Shown in pieces: positions 41,801 to 56,000 of a stretch of 64,000 nucleotides of DNA. The notes under the pieces are model-generated. The model was given only the letters and a program-made list of their open reading frames with translations, was not told the origin of the DNA and searched no databases. Position 1 is the stretch's first letter. Each line of letters opens with the position of its first letter. A program made the position numbers and the translations under genes. Source of the DNA: Tubulanus polymorphus. Its lineage: Eukaryota; Animalia; Nemertea. The stretch covers positions 4,092,001 to 4,156,000 of the forward strand of contig NC_134025.1 of NCBI RefSeq assembly GCF_964204645.1, in the 5' to 3' direction.

Positions 41801-43519
41801 CATTAAACATAACTTACACGCTGACTTTCTTCTACAAAGGCATCGATGCACTGAGGATATCCCTAAATGAAGAATATTCTCATATGTTATTCTGAACATC
41901 TGTACCTTGATTTAATACAAAATTGTCTCCTGTAATAACTTACTTTGAAATGTGATAATGTTGTCGCAATAGTTTTCATTGTTTGTTTATCTTTGTCATT
42001 ATGTGCATGCACAAAATTTTCAATTAGATGTTTTTCAATGTCGTCATACTTTGCTGGAAAAAAAAACAGTGATATAATCAGCATGACAAACATGCAATAT
42101 TCTTACATCTTTTACTTAACTATGATGGCAACTAACCAGAAATTCGAGTTTTTGCATCTTGAAATCTGAAAATGAGTAATATTCAAATGATTGAAAGGTA
42201 TTTCAATTTCACACCCGTAATGGCTAGGGGCCTAATCTAAAAGAGGAAGAAAAAAGTCACCTACTTCGAATCTTGCGGCAGTTCTTGTGAAATCAGGTAC
42301 AATTTTTGAATAATATCAGCAGCTAGATGCACCTAAACAAGAGCACTTTTTAATATATACCGAGTATCTTTTCATACTTATTTTAGTTAGAAAAAATAAC
42401 AATTTTGCAAGTCACAACTTCATACCTGCATTGCATCAGTAAATACATCAGACTTCAAAGGTTCATTCGTTAGAAATTCAGAAAAATAATTCATGAGTTT
42501 TTGGGCCTCTACCGCTCTTGCACGAGGAATGTTCACCCCTTCAAGTTGATCACCCAGGTGAACCACTTTAGTTGCCACATAATTGATTCTTTCATCCAAA
42601 TCTTGAAAATGGGTATGAGTTGTCTGAAAGATACTCAATATTTCATGATTGTGAAATCATTGCAATTTCATTGATTCTACAGCGATTTCAAGGAGTCAAC
42701 AAGGTGGCCAGTTTCAATTACTTGACTTGATCTTTCCCTGACTATACCCTGACATTTAAGTTCTTTTCCTTGACTTAATCTGGTAAGATCTATTAAGAAA
42801 TTAATTAAGTCAAATACGTAAGAAGAGGTGGATACTTCATGTATTTGATTATACACGTATTATAGCAATCTCAACATATTTCCAATTTCTCTTTCTTATC
42901 CCTGATTTTTAGCTTCTTTACAAAATTCCCTGACTTTTTTGAAGAACAGAAAATTCATCGACTTTTCCCTGATTTTAGGTTTTAGTGGCCACCCTGTTCT
43001 TTGTAACTGCATTAATCACAAACCTGTATATTCTTATGAAGCTCTGCAATTTTTTGCCAATGATTTTTTTCTTGCTCTTTGCAAAGTGCTTCCAACTTTT
43101 CAGACCGTTTTTCAATTTTTGTATTGTAGTCTTTCAATTCGGCGATTGTCTTTTCAAATGTTTTGATCAAAAGATCCGGATCAAAATCATCGATTCCTCC
43201 TTTAGTCAAATTCGTCGTACGCCACGCAATTCTTTCAACATAATCCTCCGGATCAAAAGGTTCCTATAAAGCAATAAAACATCCCAAGTACTGACTCATT
43301 TTGTAAACTCTTTGATAAATCAGACCCTTATTGTAAAAAGTGTATATAAAATGAATATACATAGAACCTGGATCTGGGACATTGGACGATTCAAACTTCA
43401 AATATGAGCCCCAGTGAATTTAAGTGCATAATCTCGAATGTTGGGGGCGTGTTATTTCTACACTGTCACTGACTGGTCTGGTGGTTTACCTGTTCCAGTT
43501 CTTCTTGGTTTATCTCCAT
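38853..43519 (-). CDS. EXOC5: Exocyst complex component 5 (Sec10)
   Basis: MEINQEELEQ|EPFDPEDYVERIAWR..., HFQDLDERINYVATKVVHLGDQLEGVNIPRARAVEAQKLM, GGETFLSQEVAINLLQE, EQKKTDFKPE, FVQLRADYKTAKL; many canonical short introns. Confidence 0.97.
42700..42996. mobile_element. Non-autonomous hAT-like element in an EXOC5 intron
   Basis: Termini CAAGGTGGCCA and TGGCCACCCTG with repeated subterminal (TT)CCCTGA motifs; no intact TSD. Confidence 0.55.
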
Positions 43520-43884
43520 TTTGTCTCATCAATTATTGGCCAACACAAGCTGTGACATTTTCTGAAATATAATCATTCAGAAAAGGGTGAAAACGTTATC
43601 ATTATTAGGCTGGCAGGAGTCATGTCAGAATTGTATTAATTCAATAATTGAATTGAATTTATCCTCGGCTTCCAAGCAAGCTTGCCAAGAAGAACTCCAA
43701 TTCGATTTTCTTGGTCTTCGACGTTTGGATCGTGTCTTGGTCTGGAGAAATGAGAGCCGAATCTGCTTATCGAGAGATTAAACAGTGTTGAAGTGAAAGA
43801 ACAAGAATAATAGCTTACATGTTTATTTTTGAGTACCCAAAATGTACCATGTCACAATTCAAATGAAGCGATCCTGGATAAATT

Positions 43885-44310
43885 CAATTACACTTTGTTC
43901 AATTCAATGCAGTTCAATTTTATTTGGTTCAATTAAATCAAATTCAAATTTACTGCGCTCCAATTTATACCCAACTAGGAGTCACAGCAAGCTACATGCC
44001 GCCGCGGGTACTGACTTAGGTTATCAGTGGTTATGATTTGGGTGCTACCCAAATTTCCTATTCTAGCCGGGGCTGCGACGGAGGTTGCCGGGCGGCGGGG
44101 ACTGCGGGCCCGGTCGGGCGTTAGAGCAGGGCCCGTGTGCGACCACTGAGTCTTCCATACCTTCCCTTTTCTCATATGTTCACGATTACTTGGATCTGGA
44201 TAAACGGTGTCAGGAATATGAACCGCAGTTATTTCTTTTAAAATTTTATAAGTGCGGCAGTCCGGGGTCTCTATATAGCAGAGTCCCCTCGTCGGGACGG
44301 GTCGTCATTA
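43885..44310. other. GC/CpG-rich structured element with an adjacent degenerate AATTC/TTGAA microsatellite (retroelement 3' end or ncRNA)
   Basis: Abrupt GC rise with several stems (tcagtggt/accactga, atttgggt/acccaaat, cgggccc/gggcccg). On the minus strand a terminal hairpin is followed by TAAAT and TTGAA-like repeats. Confidence 0.45.
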
Positions 44311-44451
44311 GTCAGCCGATGTTGGTAAATTCCGATGATATTCCCACTTTGATCCAAGGAGACAAAGAGAAGAACTGAGGGCAAATAAAGATTGATCGTA
44401 AAATTCTTTTATTTTGAGAATAATATTGGAAAGCTACTTTTTAGCTCATGC

Positions 44452-46476
44452 TTAGTTAAACTTTGCAAAATGTTCTAATAGTAACAGAATCGAATGAAAC
44501 CGGTAAAATATTCCTAACGGGTAAGTAAGTCGCATAATAGTGGACCAATAGCCACGAAAGTAATTTTCTTGCACTGGTGATGCATCATCAAATTTCAATT
44601 CGATAAAACTTAGAACGACCCACAGTGCAAAATTACACGCCGTAAGCCCCAAAATAACAGCTCTCACTTGAGCAGTATTTTTGTCTTGTTTTGGCAAATG
44701 ATGGGAGGTGTAAATAAGAAATGTCGTCTGCAACCAAATTTGAGCAAAATTTATGATGTTGTAAGCTAGCATCATGTTAGGAATTGGTGAACCCGCTGGC
44801 AATGTCACAAATGCAGGGCCACTTGTCGAATTTGCCACTAATGAATGATTGCCTCGTATGGTTGCCACGGCTGATATGGAAGAAAAATACAGGTATACGA
44901 TTGTTCCCGAAACTGACAGCATTAACAGATACTCATTAGCCCCCGACTGCCTTTCATTTTCAATTTCATGTTTACTGACGGCGCTGAACCCCCAATAACA
45001 AAGGCCAATCATGGCTATGTAAAATGTGATGTTGAAAGAATAAAATATCACCAGCGCATTTTCATAGATATCTGGAAAATACATCGTAAAACTACCGATT
45101 ATATAGAACAAACCAAAAAGTAGACAGATAGCAAGTAGAAATACTGGTAATATCTGTTTCGACGTATTACCTCCGGGGCTCGGGATCAAACGGGACGAAG
45201 TTGACCCTAACGAAGTGAACGTCGAGGCACCAGCGTCACTATCTTGATCATCAAAACCCTTATCCAGTGGCAACGCGTCATCACTGGTGCCTGGTTGTGG
45301 TTGCTCACCAGATGTTTCGTTTCTTTTCGATACTGGGCAGACAATATCACATCCACATAACGTGGCTAAAATGGGTGTTTGTTTTGTCCTGCCGGATGTG
45401 CTAGTCGTGGTGTTTTCTATGTCTTCAGGGGGCTGTATTGGTTTCATGTTATTCCACAACAACATCATTACCCCGGCAGCTAGCAGATTATATTCTAGGT
45501 TAAACGGGAACAGATACGGTAACGCGGATTTAAGAAAGTTAGCCAATTCTGTATCAGCGTTTAAGCACTCCACGGTCAAGTTGGTAAAATTTCCGATAGT
45601 CGGCATTAGAGTCTCGCCTTGATAGGTGTGGGATGAAAGAAACGCGCTTGAATCTAATACCTCTTCAGTTATCCAACTAGACACATTGCCGCATAAGATG
45701 ACAACTATCTTGTATCGAGTTATTACGTTATCGTCGAAAAAAGACCCGGAGAACCGCGTCAGGAACAACAGTTGTACGAAAGCGAAGGATATTTGTATGA
45801 ACTGATAAGTTATTCGTATCTGAGTTTCCCAAAGAAAAATGGAGTACATTTGTGATAAACAAATCAATGCATCAAACATGTCGAGCAGATTAGGCAGAAC
45901 GCTCAATGTACCAAATATCCATAGTCCGATGATTACTAAGGATTGATGGCGGTCGTTAATCGGGAACGGAGCATGCGTATTATCAACGATTTCGCAAGGA
46001 AAACAACAACAAAAACTGCATCCAAAACTGATCAAAAACATTGTCATGAATAGAATACCGAATAACATTAAACTCATGAGAAAGATTCTCGGAGTTTCGA
46101 TAATCACTCGTATGCTCTCTGTTGATGAAATTTGTAGGCAGATACCTAAAACGACGCAAAGACCAATGATATGTAACCCGAACAGCGTGACGGACATTGT
46201 TCCATCCGGGTTTAGTCGTTTCTTTCTACCCTCGGACACTGCGTAGTTTCCGGTGCTGAGAGGTATGCATATCGCCGACCAAAAAACATCTCCAGCAAAC
46301 CTGCCGACCTAAAAAATGTTCTAATTAGTTTCAAGTAAAGAACACTAACTACACAGCGCAGTTTTTACTCCGCAGGATGTATGTGGTGCTTGTTACCGCT
46401 TGTTAGAGTTTCTTGTAATTAATATTTCTTACGATTGATATTTTACCTTATGCAAGAGACCTTCTTCTCCACTCAT
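44452..46476 (-). CDS. Otopetrin family proton channel
   Basis: Exon 1 MSGEEGLLHK (46476-46447) and exon 2 (46308-44452). About 12 TM helices, YLFPFNLEYNL, QIWLQTTF, CNFALW and the C-terminal PLGIFYRFHS signature. Confidence 0.93.
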
Positions 46477-47640
46477 TCTTGTTGGGGATTAATTGAAATC
46501 GAATATCCCATGTCTATATAAGTCTTAAGATTAGATAAACATTGGGTTTTTCGATCAATAGATAACACCGAGGCCCACTAACCTGGCGTATTCTTTGCCA
46601 AGTACTAGAACCGTGACAAAATTGGATATTTATGATATATGGCCATTTTTGTCATATTGTGTGCGAATAGATAAACCGACTGCAAAACTGCTTTACGATA
46701 AAAATAACAATGTATTCGATTTACTTTTTGAAGATGGCACGGATTTTAACTTTCTATTGTTTAATCTTTGTGGTCGACTAACGCTCCATTCATGAGCTCT
46801 AATCAGTTTTCTATTTTTCGCATACGTTCAGAATCCTTGATCATGTTCGTGTGATCTACTACCGCATTAGGAATAATGAATATCTTTATTGTGCGAAAAC
46901 GACAACTACATAGAAATGATTATGTTTCAATATTTATTTTCATACAACTGACAGTTACATTGCAATACATATAATGTTAGCTATAATCGATATACAGAGT
47001 AATGCTCCTTATAACCATTGGATTTTGGTTCTGAAAAGTATTCGCCTTTGAAGTGCGGAAAGTCGTAAAAATCGACAATCATCAACGTATTCTACAAAAT
47101 CTTTCATTTCGATTCTAAAAACCTTTACACAGTTGCCATAAGCTCGTTAGGGTGTGTATAGACACAGATCACGCGCTATACGTTTTGGCATCCACGATTT
47201 GATAAAGAAATTTCCAGAAAACGAATATTTTTACACGTGGTTTATCATTAAACTACAAAATAATCCATCTATTTCGTCCAAATTAGCGGCGTTATCTTCG
47301 AGAGTTGTCGTAGATAAAACCTTGCGATCGCAAACGATGTGCGATTTTAAAACAACTAATATAGAAACTACCGAAATTCCGCCTGACACTTTCGTTCTCT
47401 TGTGAGTCGGCGCCAGTATAAAATACAGCTGTGGATGAGATAAACATGGTGCTCAAATCTCTGCATAAATGGAGATGTATAAAATGACAATGATCGCCCG
47501 ACCGAATTTGTAATCATTAGGACAGCAGCATATCAACCATGTTACGCGCATAACGGCATCCCTTCGTCGATATATCACAGATGCTTTTGCGGCGCACTCA
47601 CTAGGGTAACATGAAAAACAAACGAAAGACTCGCCATGGT

Positions 47641-49753
47641 TTATCCAGAATTAAATCCTTCTGTCAAATGTTTATGAATGAAAACGAACAATTCTTCAAA
47701 GTTCTTTTCCACATTCGGCGTGAATCGATCGCCTAATGTTTGACGACAAGCCGTCATAAACGACGACACCATACACTAAAACAGAATTTAAAAAAAAACA
47801 CGTACATATCCATATAAACATGCAAGTATTCAATTTCAAAGGGAAAGATGTTAATCTTACTTGAAAATATTTGGCCTCGAATCCTTCCATTGCGGCATGT
47901 TGTTTCCCAGTTTTATGTAATACTTCTATGGCAAGATCGACATTTTCTAAATTTTCTAAAACCTGATTGAATACTCCAAATATAGCAAGTGCGTGCGCTT
48001 CGAATACAGTGTCCTCATAGATTTCATCTTCGTTGTAAAGATTATGAAATTTTTGAAACTTTGTAAACATCGCCCTAAATTCTGGATTGTTCTTGAAAAA
48101 TCTGAAATACACCAAGTGAATCGATTAGATACGGTCGATAAACCATATGGGATTCTATTGCGGTCATCACAACGTCAAAACCGTATATAATGAGGCTGAT
48201 TTCACAGGTCGAATCACTCAATATCAACCCTTGTATTTTCTACACCCTTGTATTATGGTTCAATGGGTGCTATTAGTTTGTACCGAAACGTGACGGTTTC
48301 AATAGTCGACTCTAAAAATCGTTTTAGAATCCCATGCTTCAATTAAAAAGAAAATCTATTAATAGTATAGAAAAAGACCTATTCATGTTGTTAAATACTT
48401 TACGGTTGAACATCGTAATCTTGACCCCACGAGCATGAAGGCCACCAGCTTTGCGTGTGGGGCCTTGATTTCATCAACAACGCGAATTAGCTTCTCATCA
48501 GTTGCTCGTATTTTAATTTACCGTATCATCCTTTTACCAGTCACGCACACACATTAAAGCCTGCGCGTGATTTGCTGTGATATAAGGTTTTTTTATGGGC
48601 AGGTCAATACAATAAGTTCATTAGAGGCCGTCGTCGTTGCATTTATTTCCACTCACGGCCGTATTTCAAGGCAATGTTAGCAACTAAAAATTCTGAATTA
48701 CTTGAAAATTCTAAAATAAATACGCGCTCGTTATCAGAATGGATAAATCATATAAACAAATATTTACCTAAAAAGAATAATCTAGATATTTCAGCCAACA
48801 AGTACCGCACTACATAAATCATGTTTGTGTTTGGAAACTTTAGCTTTAATTGCTTTAATAACGTAAATACGTGGTAACTTTTGTATGCATTTTCATTAGA
48901 TCTTTCAGTAATAAGTCTGATATTATTACTACAAGACTAAATGGACTTGTGCAATAACCATTTCATGGTGCATAAATATACTTGAATGATTCACGTTCCG
49001 TCGATCGGAATCTAATCACGAGTCGAACTATCAAGATATTGATGAAACATATCTTCAGACAATCTCTCGATAAGTATGCAGCGCAGCCCTGCCTGCTGAG
49101 TCGCTGTAACTTAGTAGTCAAATATTGATATCCAATTAAACAATTCATCCCATCCTTATACTTATCCACCCACCAAGTTTAAGGAATAAGGCCTAATTAC
49201 GTCCAGTACATTGATGCAATTTCCGAACGCATCTTCGAAGTCTTGCTCTTATCCGGTTGTTACGAAAGATCATCGGAAGAAATTGACAAAATGATCGATA
49301 GAAATGATAACGGTTACTTAACGGCCTTGCATAATAACACACGACGAGCGTACTCGAGGGATCCAGTTCCTCTTGGGTTGAAAAGAGTTGAAATTAGCTC
49401 ATTTTTCATGTTCTTTAAACAGAAATTCCAAATTCTAACCGAGAACTAATAGAACTGGGTTCAGTATTATACGCAAGTCTTACGCCACGGACAAACAGTA
49501 CTGACCCCTGAATTATATTTTGCATAAATCGTTTCATCACACATTTGAAATACGCGACTCGTGCTTACCCTAATAAACTTCCTTTAGCGGTATCATCACT
49601 AGCTCTCAGCACAGCTTTCCATGAATTTTTCATCATGAATACTTGTCTGTAGTTAGTAAATGGAAGGCGTGGATCAACTTGTTTTTGTGGAGGTTGAGGC
49701 TCTGATAATGGTGGCGGTGGAGACGATACCTCCTTCGTGTTCGTACATCCCAT
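47641..49753 (-). CDS. Globin with N-terminal acylation motif (globin X-like group)
   Basis: Three exons (49753-49569, 48101-47861, ~47775-47641) with phase-2 and phase-0 introns at the classical B12.2 and G7.0 positions. MGC N-terminus, DPRLP motif, Phe CD1, distal His (EAHAL) and proximal His (GKQH). Confidence 0.9.
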
Positions 49754-52700
49754 GACCTGAAAGTAGATTAATCAAATAGAGTATATATCCTCGTGCCATT
49801 TGATGATACTTGATGTGAAATATTTGATTTTGATATGAAATCTTAAAGACTACAAGCCGACTAGAGCCCTTACAGTTATCATCACTTCATCCATCGATAT
49901 TACCAATTCATTAGTGCATATTGTATAGAATTAGTTCAGTGTTTTCTATAAATTCCCAACCGTTATTACGACTTTTGTTGTTTCACTGCTAGAATCATTA
50001 AGCAGATATTCCGAGATCTCTTGTGAAGCACCAAAATAAGCCCTATTGCAGTTACGCTAGGAATCCGCCACAATATTATTCCATGTACGAGAGAGGTTAA
50101 TTGCAATGAATATTGCCCGATGGATCAAAATCAGGCAGTATGATGACGATATCGTGTCGAATTTCATGAGCCAAATAAATATTCAATGAGAATGGCGGGG
50201 ATTATAGTTCTACGGTTAGTAGTCAGAATATAATTTGCTCTATGTAGAAAGATAGAGAGCGAGAGCTGCCACAATCATCGTTTGATCCTACATTTTCACA
50301 AACGGACATTCTCCTTGAGTTGTTCCCGGCTTTTTGTAGCGATAGAGACCACGGTAAAACAACAAATCCCTCATGTTTGTCTCACGGAAATTACTTTTCA
50401 GGAAATTCTTATTCCATTTTGCAGCATAGAAATGACCAAACTCCGCTCTTACCTGGTCGAAAATGGTATTTTAAGTCAGCTAATTTTCAAAATGTCGTGT
50501 TATGTATTCGAATGAAATTTTGAAAGTGCTCAATATGTGACCATCCATAGAATTTACATTTGAATCAAATCCAATACTTTCTCATGGCAAAAAAATATGG
50601 GGAGCAGCTGCGACGCATTTTCTCATACAAACAGCTCGTTATAGATGTTATCAATTATGTGATTCTGTTTGGACAAAAAATCATTTCGAGCGTAGATTTC
50701 CACAACAGATCCATAGATAATTGGTCGGTTTTTCGATTTGGTATATAGTTACCATTGGCATCGGTATTATACACACTGTGGCTCACTCGTTCGTGCTCAG
50801 TCGATATTATCGATCACGTGACTATGTGATTGATTGATACCGATGTGATTTACTTCCATTCCCAGAGGACGAAGTAGATATTTAAAACAACTCCGATGAC
50901 GTCACGATCGGTCATACGTGACTCACTTCAGCGAGGTGACTCCAAACCATATAAAATCAAAAAGAAAAAATTTAAGTAGCAAATCATTCGACAAAGTCCA
51001 TTTCAACGGAGATCGATTTTGTTGCTTTTTTCACATCCTGTTTCAAGGACTTCGAGGTTCGTGGAACACGTCGTTATAGCTATAATTTTAGGTTTCAAGG
51101 ATACATTCACAAATTCCTATTTTCTGCAAGCGTAATTTTTCTGCAATCTCGTTGATGGCTGTTGACTTGCGGGTATTTGACATGTTAGAGAAATTTACGA
51201 GAATAAGATTATTGGAAGGAGAAATCTTGACAGTTAAATTACGGGGTGACGCCGAGGTGAGTTGTGATGGCTGTTAAATATCTACGTTGACTCCGACGTT
51301 TATCCAGTATCACGTCGGTCTAAGTATCCACAGTCGAATCATTTACTGCTCCATTTGTGGCTTCACAGCTCATATCTTTCGACCACAGGATTCAGGCTGA
51401 GAGCTAATAGAGGAGATACTGATTTCTGTAATTATTGTATGTTTGATTTATTGTGCATCGGCTCGCGCGTCTTGCAGGAAGTCTACTAAAGCGATCAGCG
51501 GCTACCGATCAATCAAACAGACGACAGATATTTGTTGTTATGGAGCACATTGTTTGTCAAAGATCACATTAATTAAGAGGAAAAGCTCGGATATTGATGT
51601 TTGACGGTTTGAAAAGACCTTAATCTCAGCATTATTAAGTGCTACATACATCACTTTTCTACGATTCCAAGGTACACATATCCAGAAGGTTACTGGATTT
51701 CCGCAAATACATTTCTAACGAACACTCTCACAGTCTTATACCAAACGTTATTTTAATAACTTACCTGGTTTTCTCTATTAGCCTCACGAATATTCAAGAA
51801 GCCGTTCCGATGGTCCTGTGTCATTTACATCTGGTATATGTAAACACGACAACTTCATTGAACAAGGGCAAAGCACCAGCTGACGGAGACAGCGAATCCT
51901 AACCCCTGTTCAACTCAGCTAATGTCGCATTAATGTTGTTACTATTTTCCCCCCATAGGCCAAAGCACAATATATCATATATATACGTATATTAACCTCA
52001 AGGTAACAAGTTGATTATTGTAACTGCGCCAATCCATCTTTACTCCACACGACGATATCCCCAGGATAAGTATAGGCAGCCATGGTCTTCTTATGATGTA
52101 ATAAGGATAGTGGCAGTTACTATGGCAATTCTTGGGTTTAACGCATTTTGATCTCAGGTGACATACTATTTACAGAATTGTTAAGTACTCGCGGATAAAC
52201 CTTCTCCAAGAGAATGGTCATGTTTGAAATTGTTGTCAGGATAATAAAGATAGAAGCAAAAAAATCATGCTTTGTGTTTCACGTGGACCTATGATTACAT
52301 ATAGAAATAAACGCTTCCAATTCGTTGCTGAGTAATTGATGTATAATGGTCGTGATAAAGCGCCAAGTATCTTTAGCAAGTTTTTACCATTTGAATGTCA
52401 TGTGGATTTTTCTATCGAAGTACCTTTCGTCGCCTATAAAAGGTGCACGAATCAAAGCGTTCAACCATTTTCGTCTTATTATTAGATTATCATTAGCGCC
52501 TTCATCACATCATGAAACGGAAATCCTACAACCCCAGGGGTTTCTTTATTGAAACGAGTTGTAAAGCTATTTATATTCCTCTTAAATCTTCATCGGGTTA
52601 ACATTTTAAACGATATCATTCGTACATAATTTGTTATTCGTTTCTGTATACGTGATTAATTATCAGTTTCGTTTGAAACTCCTTAAAAGTTCTGATTCAG

Positions 52701-52937
52701 AATCAGTATTGTATTAACTCTTACGCCCAACGCACACGGCAGAGCTAAAACGTACAGCGAGATACGTGACGTTGCGTCAAGATCGAGCGGCGTTCGCTTC
52801 GGTGATATCGCCTGCGAAACGATTGTCTTAGCGTATCAACGCACCCGGAGATACGAAAGAACTGCGAAACGATTTTATCGCCGCAAAAAAAACGCTTTGG
52901 CCTTTACAATGACATCTTCATCCATTCGTATCCTTAC

Positions 52938-53041
52938 CTTTCATCAAACATTCATGAGAAATAAATGCGTCAATTTGGTCTGATGCTGGTATTGTTATTC
53001 TAGTCTCTTCGGCTTCTAATATAACACGTTTCTCAGGACAC
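52938..53041 (-). other. Candidate 5'UTR exon, probably of the globin gene
   Basis: Strong acceptor ttgtttcag and donor AAG|gtaagg on the minus strand. The globin ATG lies 3 nt after an acceptor, so upstream exons must exist. Confidence 0.45.
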
Positions 53042-56000
53042 CTGAAACAAATACCAAGTGGTAAATTTATCGGACATTGAAATATAAAACTATTTCGAAT
53101 GAAACCAACAGTGAAATGTTATTTTTTTTTTAATTCTAATTTACAGCTATTGATTTATGCTGTAGAGAGCGATATACCACGAGTGTGGATTGAATTTATC
53201 TCGTTCACATGTCGCACTGTTTGAGAGTTGCATTGGTGTGGAATGGATTTTAGAGTTATTATCCATGAAAAATCACATCGAGCGGATTCGATGCTGAATC
53301 AGAGAATCGAAACGTCTCAAGAATTAGTAATTTTTTTCTCAAATGAAACCGTGTTATAGAAAAATGCTAATTTCTTGCCACACGGAACGGAAACACCTGT
53401 GTCGTAACAACTGTGTACGTTCTAATTAGTTTTAATCGAAATTATAGACGTTTTGGAAATTTCCAATCCAATTAAGTACCGAAATACACTTTCATTCTAG
53501 TGATAAAAATCTCTGACTAACAAGACTTAACAAGCTTCTCAATGCATAATATGTTACAGGGCTAAAAAGAAAGAATCTAGTTATATCGGAGACGGGGGCA
53601 AACATTACAGTTATTTAATATGCTTAATTGGTTCGTGTACTTTGTCTCATCGGGATTCCCGAGATAGAATCACGAAATCCGTTACTCATATCGAAATTCA
53701 TTAGTAAAGATACCATTATATATTGATGCGTATTGTTTCAACATAATTGAGACTATTTTTTTCTGTTTCTGTTTCTGTTTTTGTTTTCGATGCATGCATA
53801 TTTTGTTAAAAGCTTTTTGACAATGAGTCTGCACGAGAATTCAATTCGATGATGAATCGCCTCATCGTTTTTTTCCTCCAGCGCATGTATTCGATGTCGC
53901 GATCGTCAAACGCTTTCGAGTCGATAAAGTGACATTTTACAACAGTTGAATTGATGTTCTAAGTGGCAAAGCTTCTTACCGATGATAAAAACCTTCGGAA
54001 ATATCGACGTGTTATATACATTAGTTAGCTTCTCAGAGAAATGATATTACCTTTTTTAAATGTTAATCCTCCTGAACACTGAAAGATATTGTCTTCAGAG
54101 AATACATTAACATCGACCGTGTTCTGCTTATCAACGAATTTTTGCCGAGGTTCACACCGTGAAGCATCTTTTTATCAATAATATTTTAGTTCCTTCTAAC
54201 GAATTCACATGATTTGTCAATGATGATATTGATTCATTGATCTCATGATTGAAATATTCGAATAAATCAATATTGACCGTCATTGATATTAAAAATGAAA
54301 TATTAGCAGTTGTTATATCGACTGATCAATTAAATGAGATGTAACTCATAGTCGCACTTTGTATATGTATTTTAGACTGCATTCCCATAAAGCTATTTGT
54401 CAACGCAATCATCTCTTCTAAAAATCGGGCATCGATTTGTGTTTATTTAAGATGAATATCAAGGCTGCAATACAAACTGAGCGAATGATCTAGAAATAAT
54501 CTTTGTATTACTGTTTTTCTCTTTGGGAGGTTAAGAATAGATTTTGTCCACAATCTATATAAAGTGAATATGTATAAATTTCATATTCTTGAGTCTTTAA
54601 GTTTCACTATTCCACTGATGTGAGGCACTGAATTCAATGTTTTTTCTGGCGCACGCTGCAATCTAATCAAGTCAGTTTAAAGCTGTAATTCCATTTATGC
54701 GTAGTTGTCGATTTTAATTCACAAGAAGGTTGTTGATTTAAAATGAATTGTTCTATTCAATTTTCTTTAACAGTTGTCTCTGAGATGAATGCTAGCAATT
54801 TTCTTTTACAACTTGATTGAATAGCTTCGATTTCATAAGCATCAACGCATTTCTCATCGAGGATGGTGCCTTTGAAGCGATGGTGAATAACCGAACACGG
54901 CAACAATAACAAGCACATGGTCAGATATAAAAGTTTAATCGGCGAATGATGAAATCCTGTCATTTCACAACAAAATGAGGAAGTTAATCTTTTTTTAGCA
55001 ATAAACAACAAAAGAATACTGAGTAATAATGATCAGCGAGATGACAAAACACCGGACACTATTTCTAATAGACAATTTTATCTTGTCTGGTTTATGAAGG
55101 ATCTATCACGTAGGCCAAGTAGTATATGCATTGATGGCCTAGAATTACTTTCGATCGTAAAATATTCTAATGCAAAGATTTATCTGCCCCCAAGTTCCGA
55201 ACGTTCATAAATCACGAAGCCGTTTCGACACGACTAATTGTGAATTTGAATGCTGATCATAGCTTTGGGATCTCCTAAGGAAATGTTGAAAGCTGGCGAG
55301 AGACGCATCGATTTTAATCTGTGGCCATAGGGGCGCGTTTGTTAAAATTACTGTCTGCATTTTTTTCAAGAGGCAAGCAATCGAGAAAATAACTCCACTT
55401 AATTTGAGCAAAAATAATCAGAACGGTAACATTTACGAGAAACACACTTGAGTTATAAATATTTGTATTTACAACTCAAGTGTGATACCGGTATGTATGA
55501 ACATGTGACACATGTCTGATAAATGTAAATTGGAGTGAAATAATGTAATTGTGCATTTTGGACTTATCGTTTGCCTCGGGTCACTTCTCGGGGAACGAAT
55601 TCTATAGAAACCAATAGGTTTTCTCTGTTATTATTTTGGGATACGAAATTAATCCGTGGTCCTAAGTCCCGATGTCAGAGGACACTCAGAATGATTATCT
55701 CAAAGGGTAATCAATCAACATCGAATATATTTCTGTAATTGCAATGCCTCGCAACCGCAGGATTGGCATCGTATTTCTTCTTTATTAAACAATATAACGT
55801 ATGGTTGATATAATGTTCTCGGATGAGCGTTCTTAAACGGGTCTGGGAATTCACCAATATACCTCGTATAGCCTCCCGAGAAGATCGACGTAAATTGTAG
55901 ATTAAATTCAAAAGAAAATGCTCTATAGCCGGTTTATCATTCGATATTAGATTACATCGGATGCGCTAATTTAGGTGTGATGCTGTAAGAATATTGTCTT

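Noticed and set aside
44014-44025. TAACCTAA on the minus strand as a telomerase RNA template (TTAGG type) upstream of a possible pseudoknot
   Set aside because: An 8-mer is weak evidence, no CR4/5 or H/ACA domain is visible downstream, and the sequence runs straight into a retroelement-like microsatellite tail.
44235-44300. Hammerhead- or HDV-like ribozyme at CCGACGA-GGGGACTC...GAGACCCC (minus strand)
   Set aside because: The first box deviates from CUGANGA, GAAA is absent and I could not build the HDV nested pseudoknot.
44452-49753. Functional link between otopetrin, the globin and acid-triggered GDPH cleavage
   Set aside because: Only physical proximity supports it, which is expected in a gene-dense genome.
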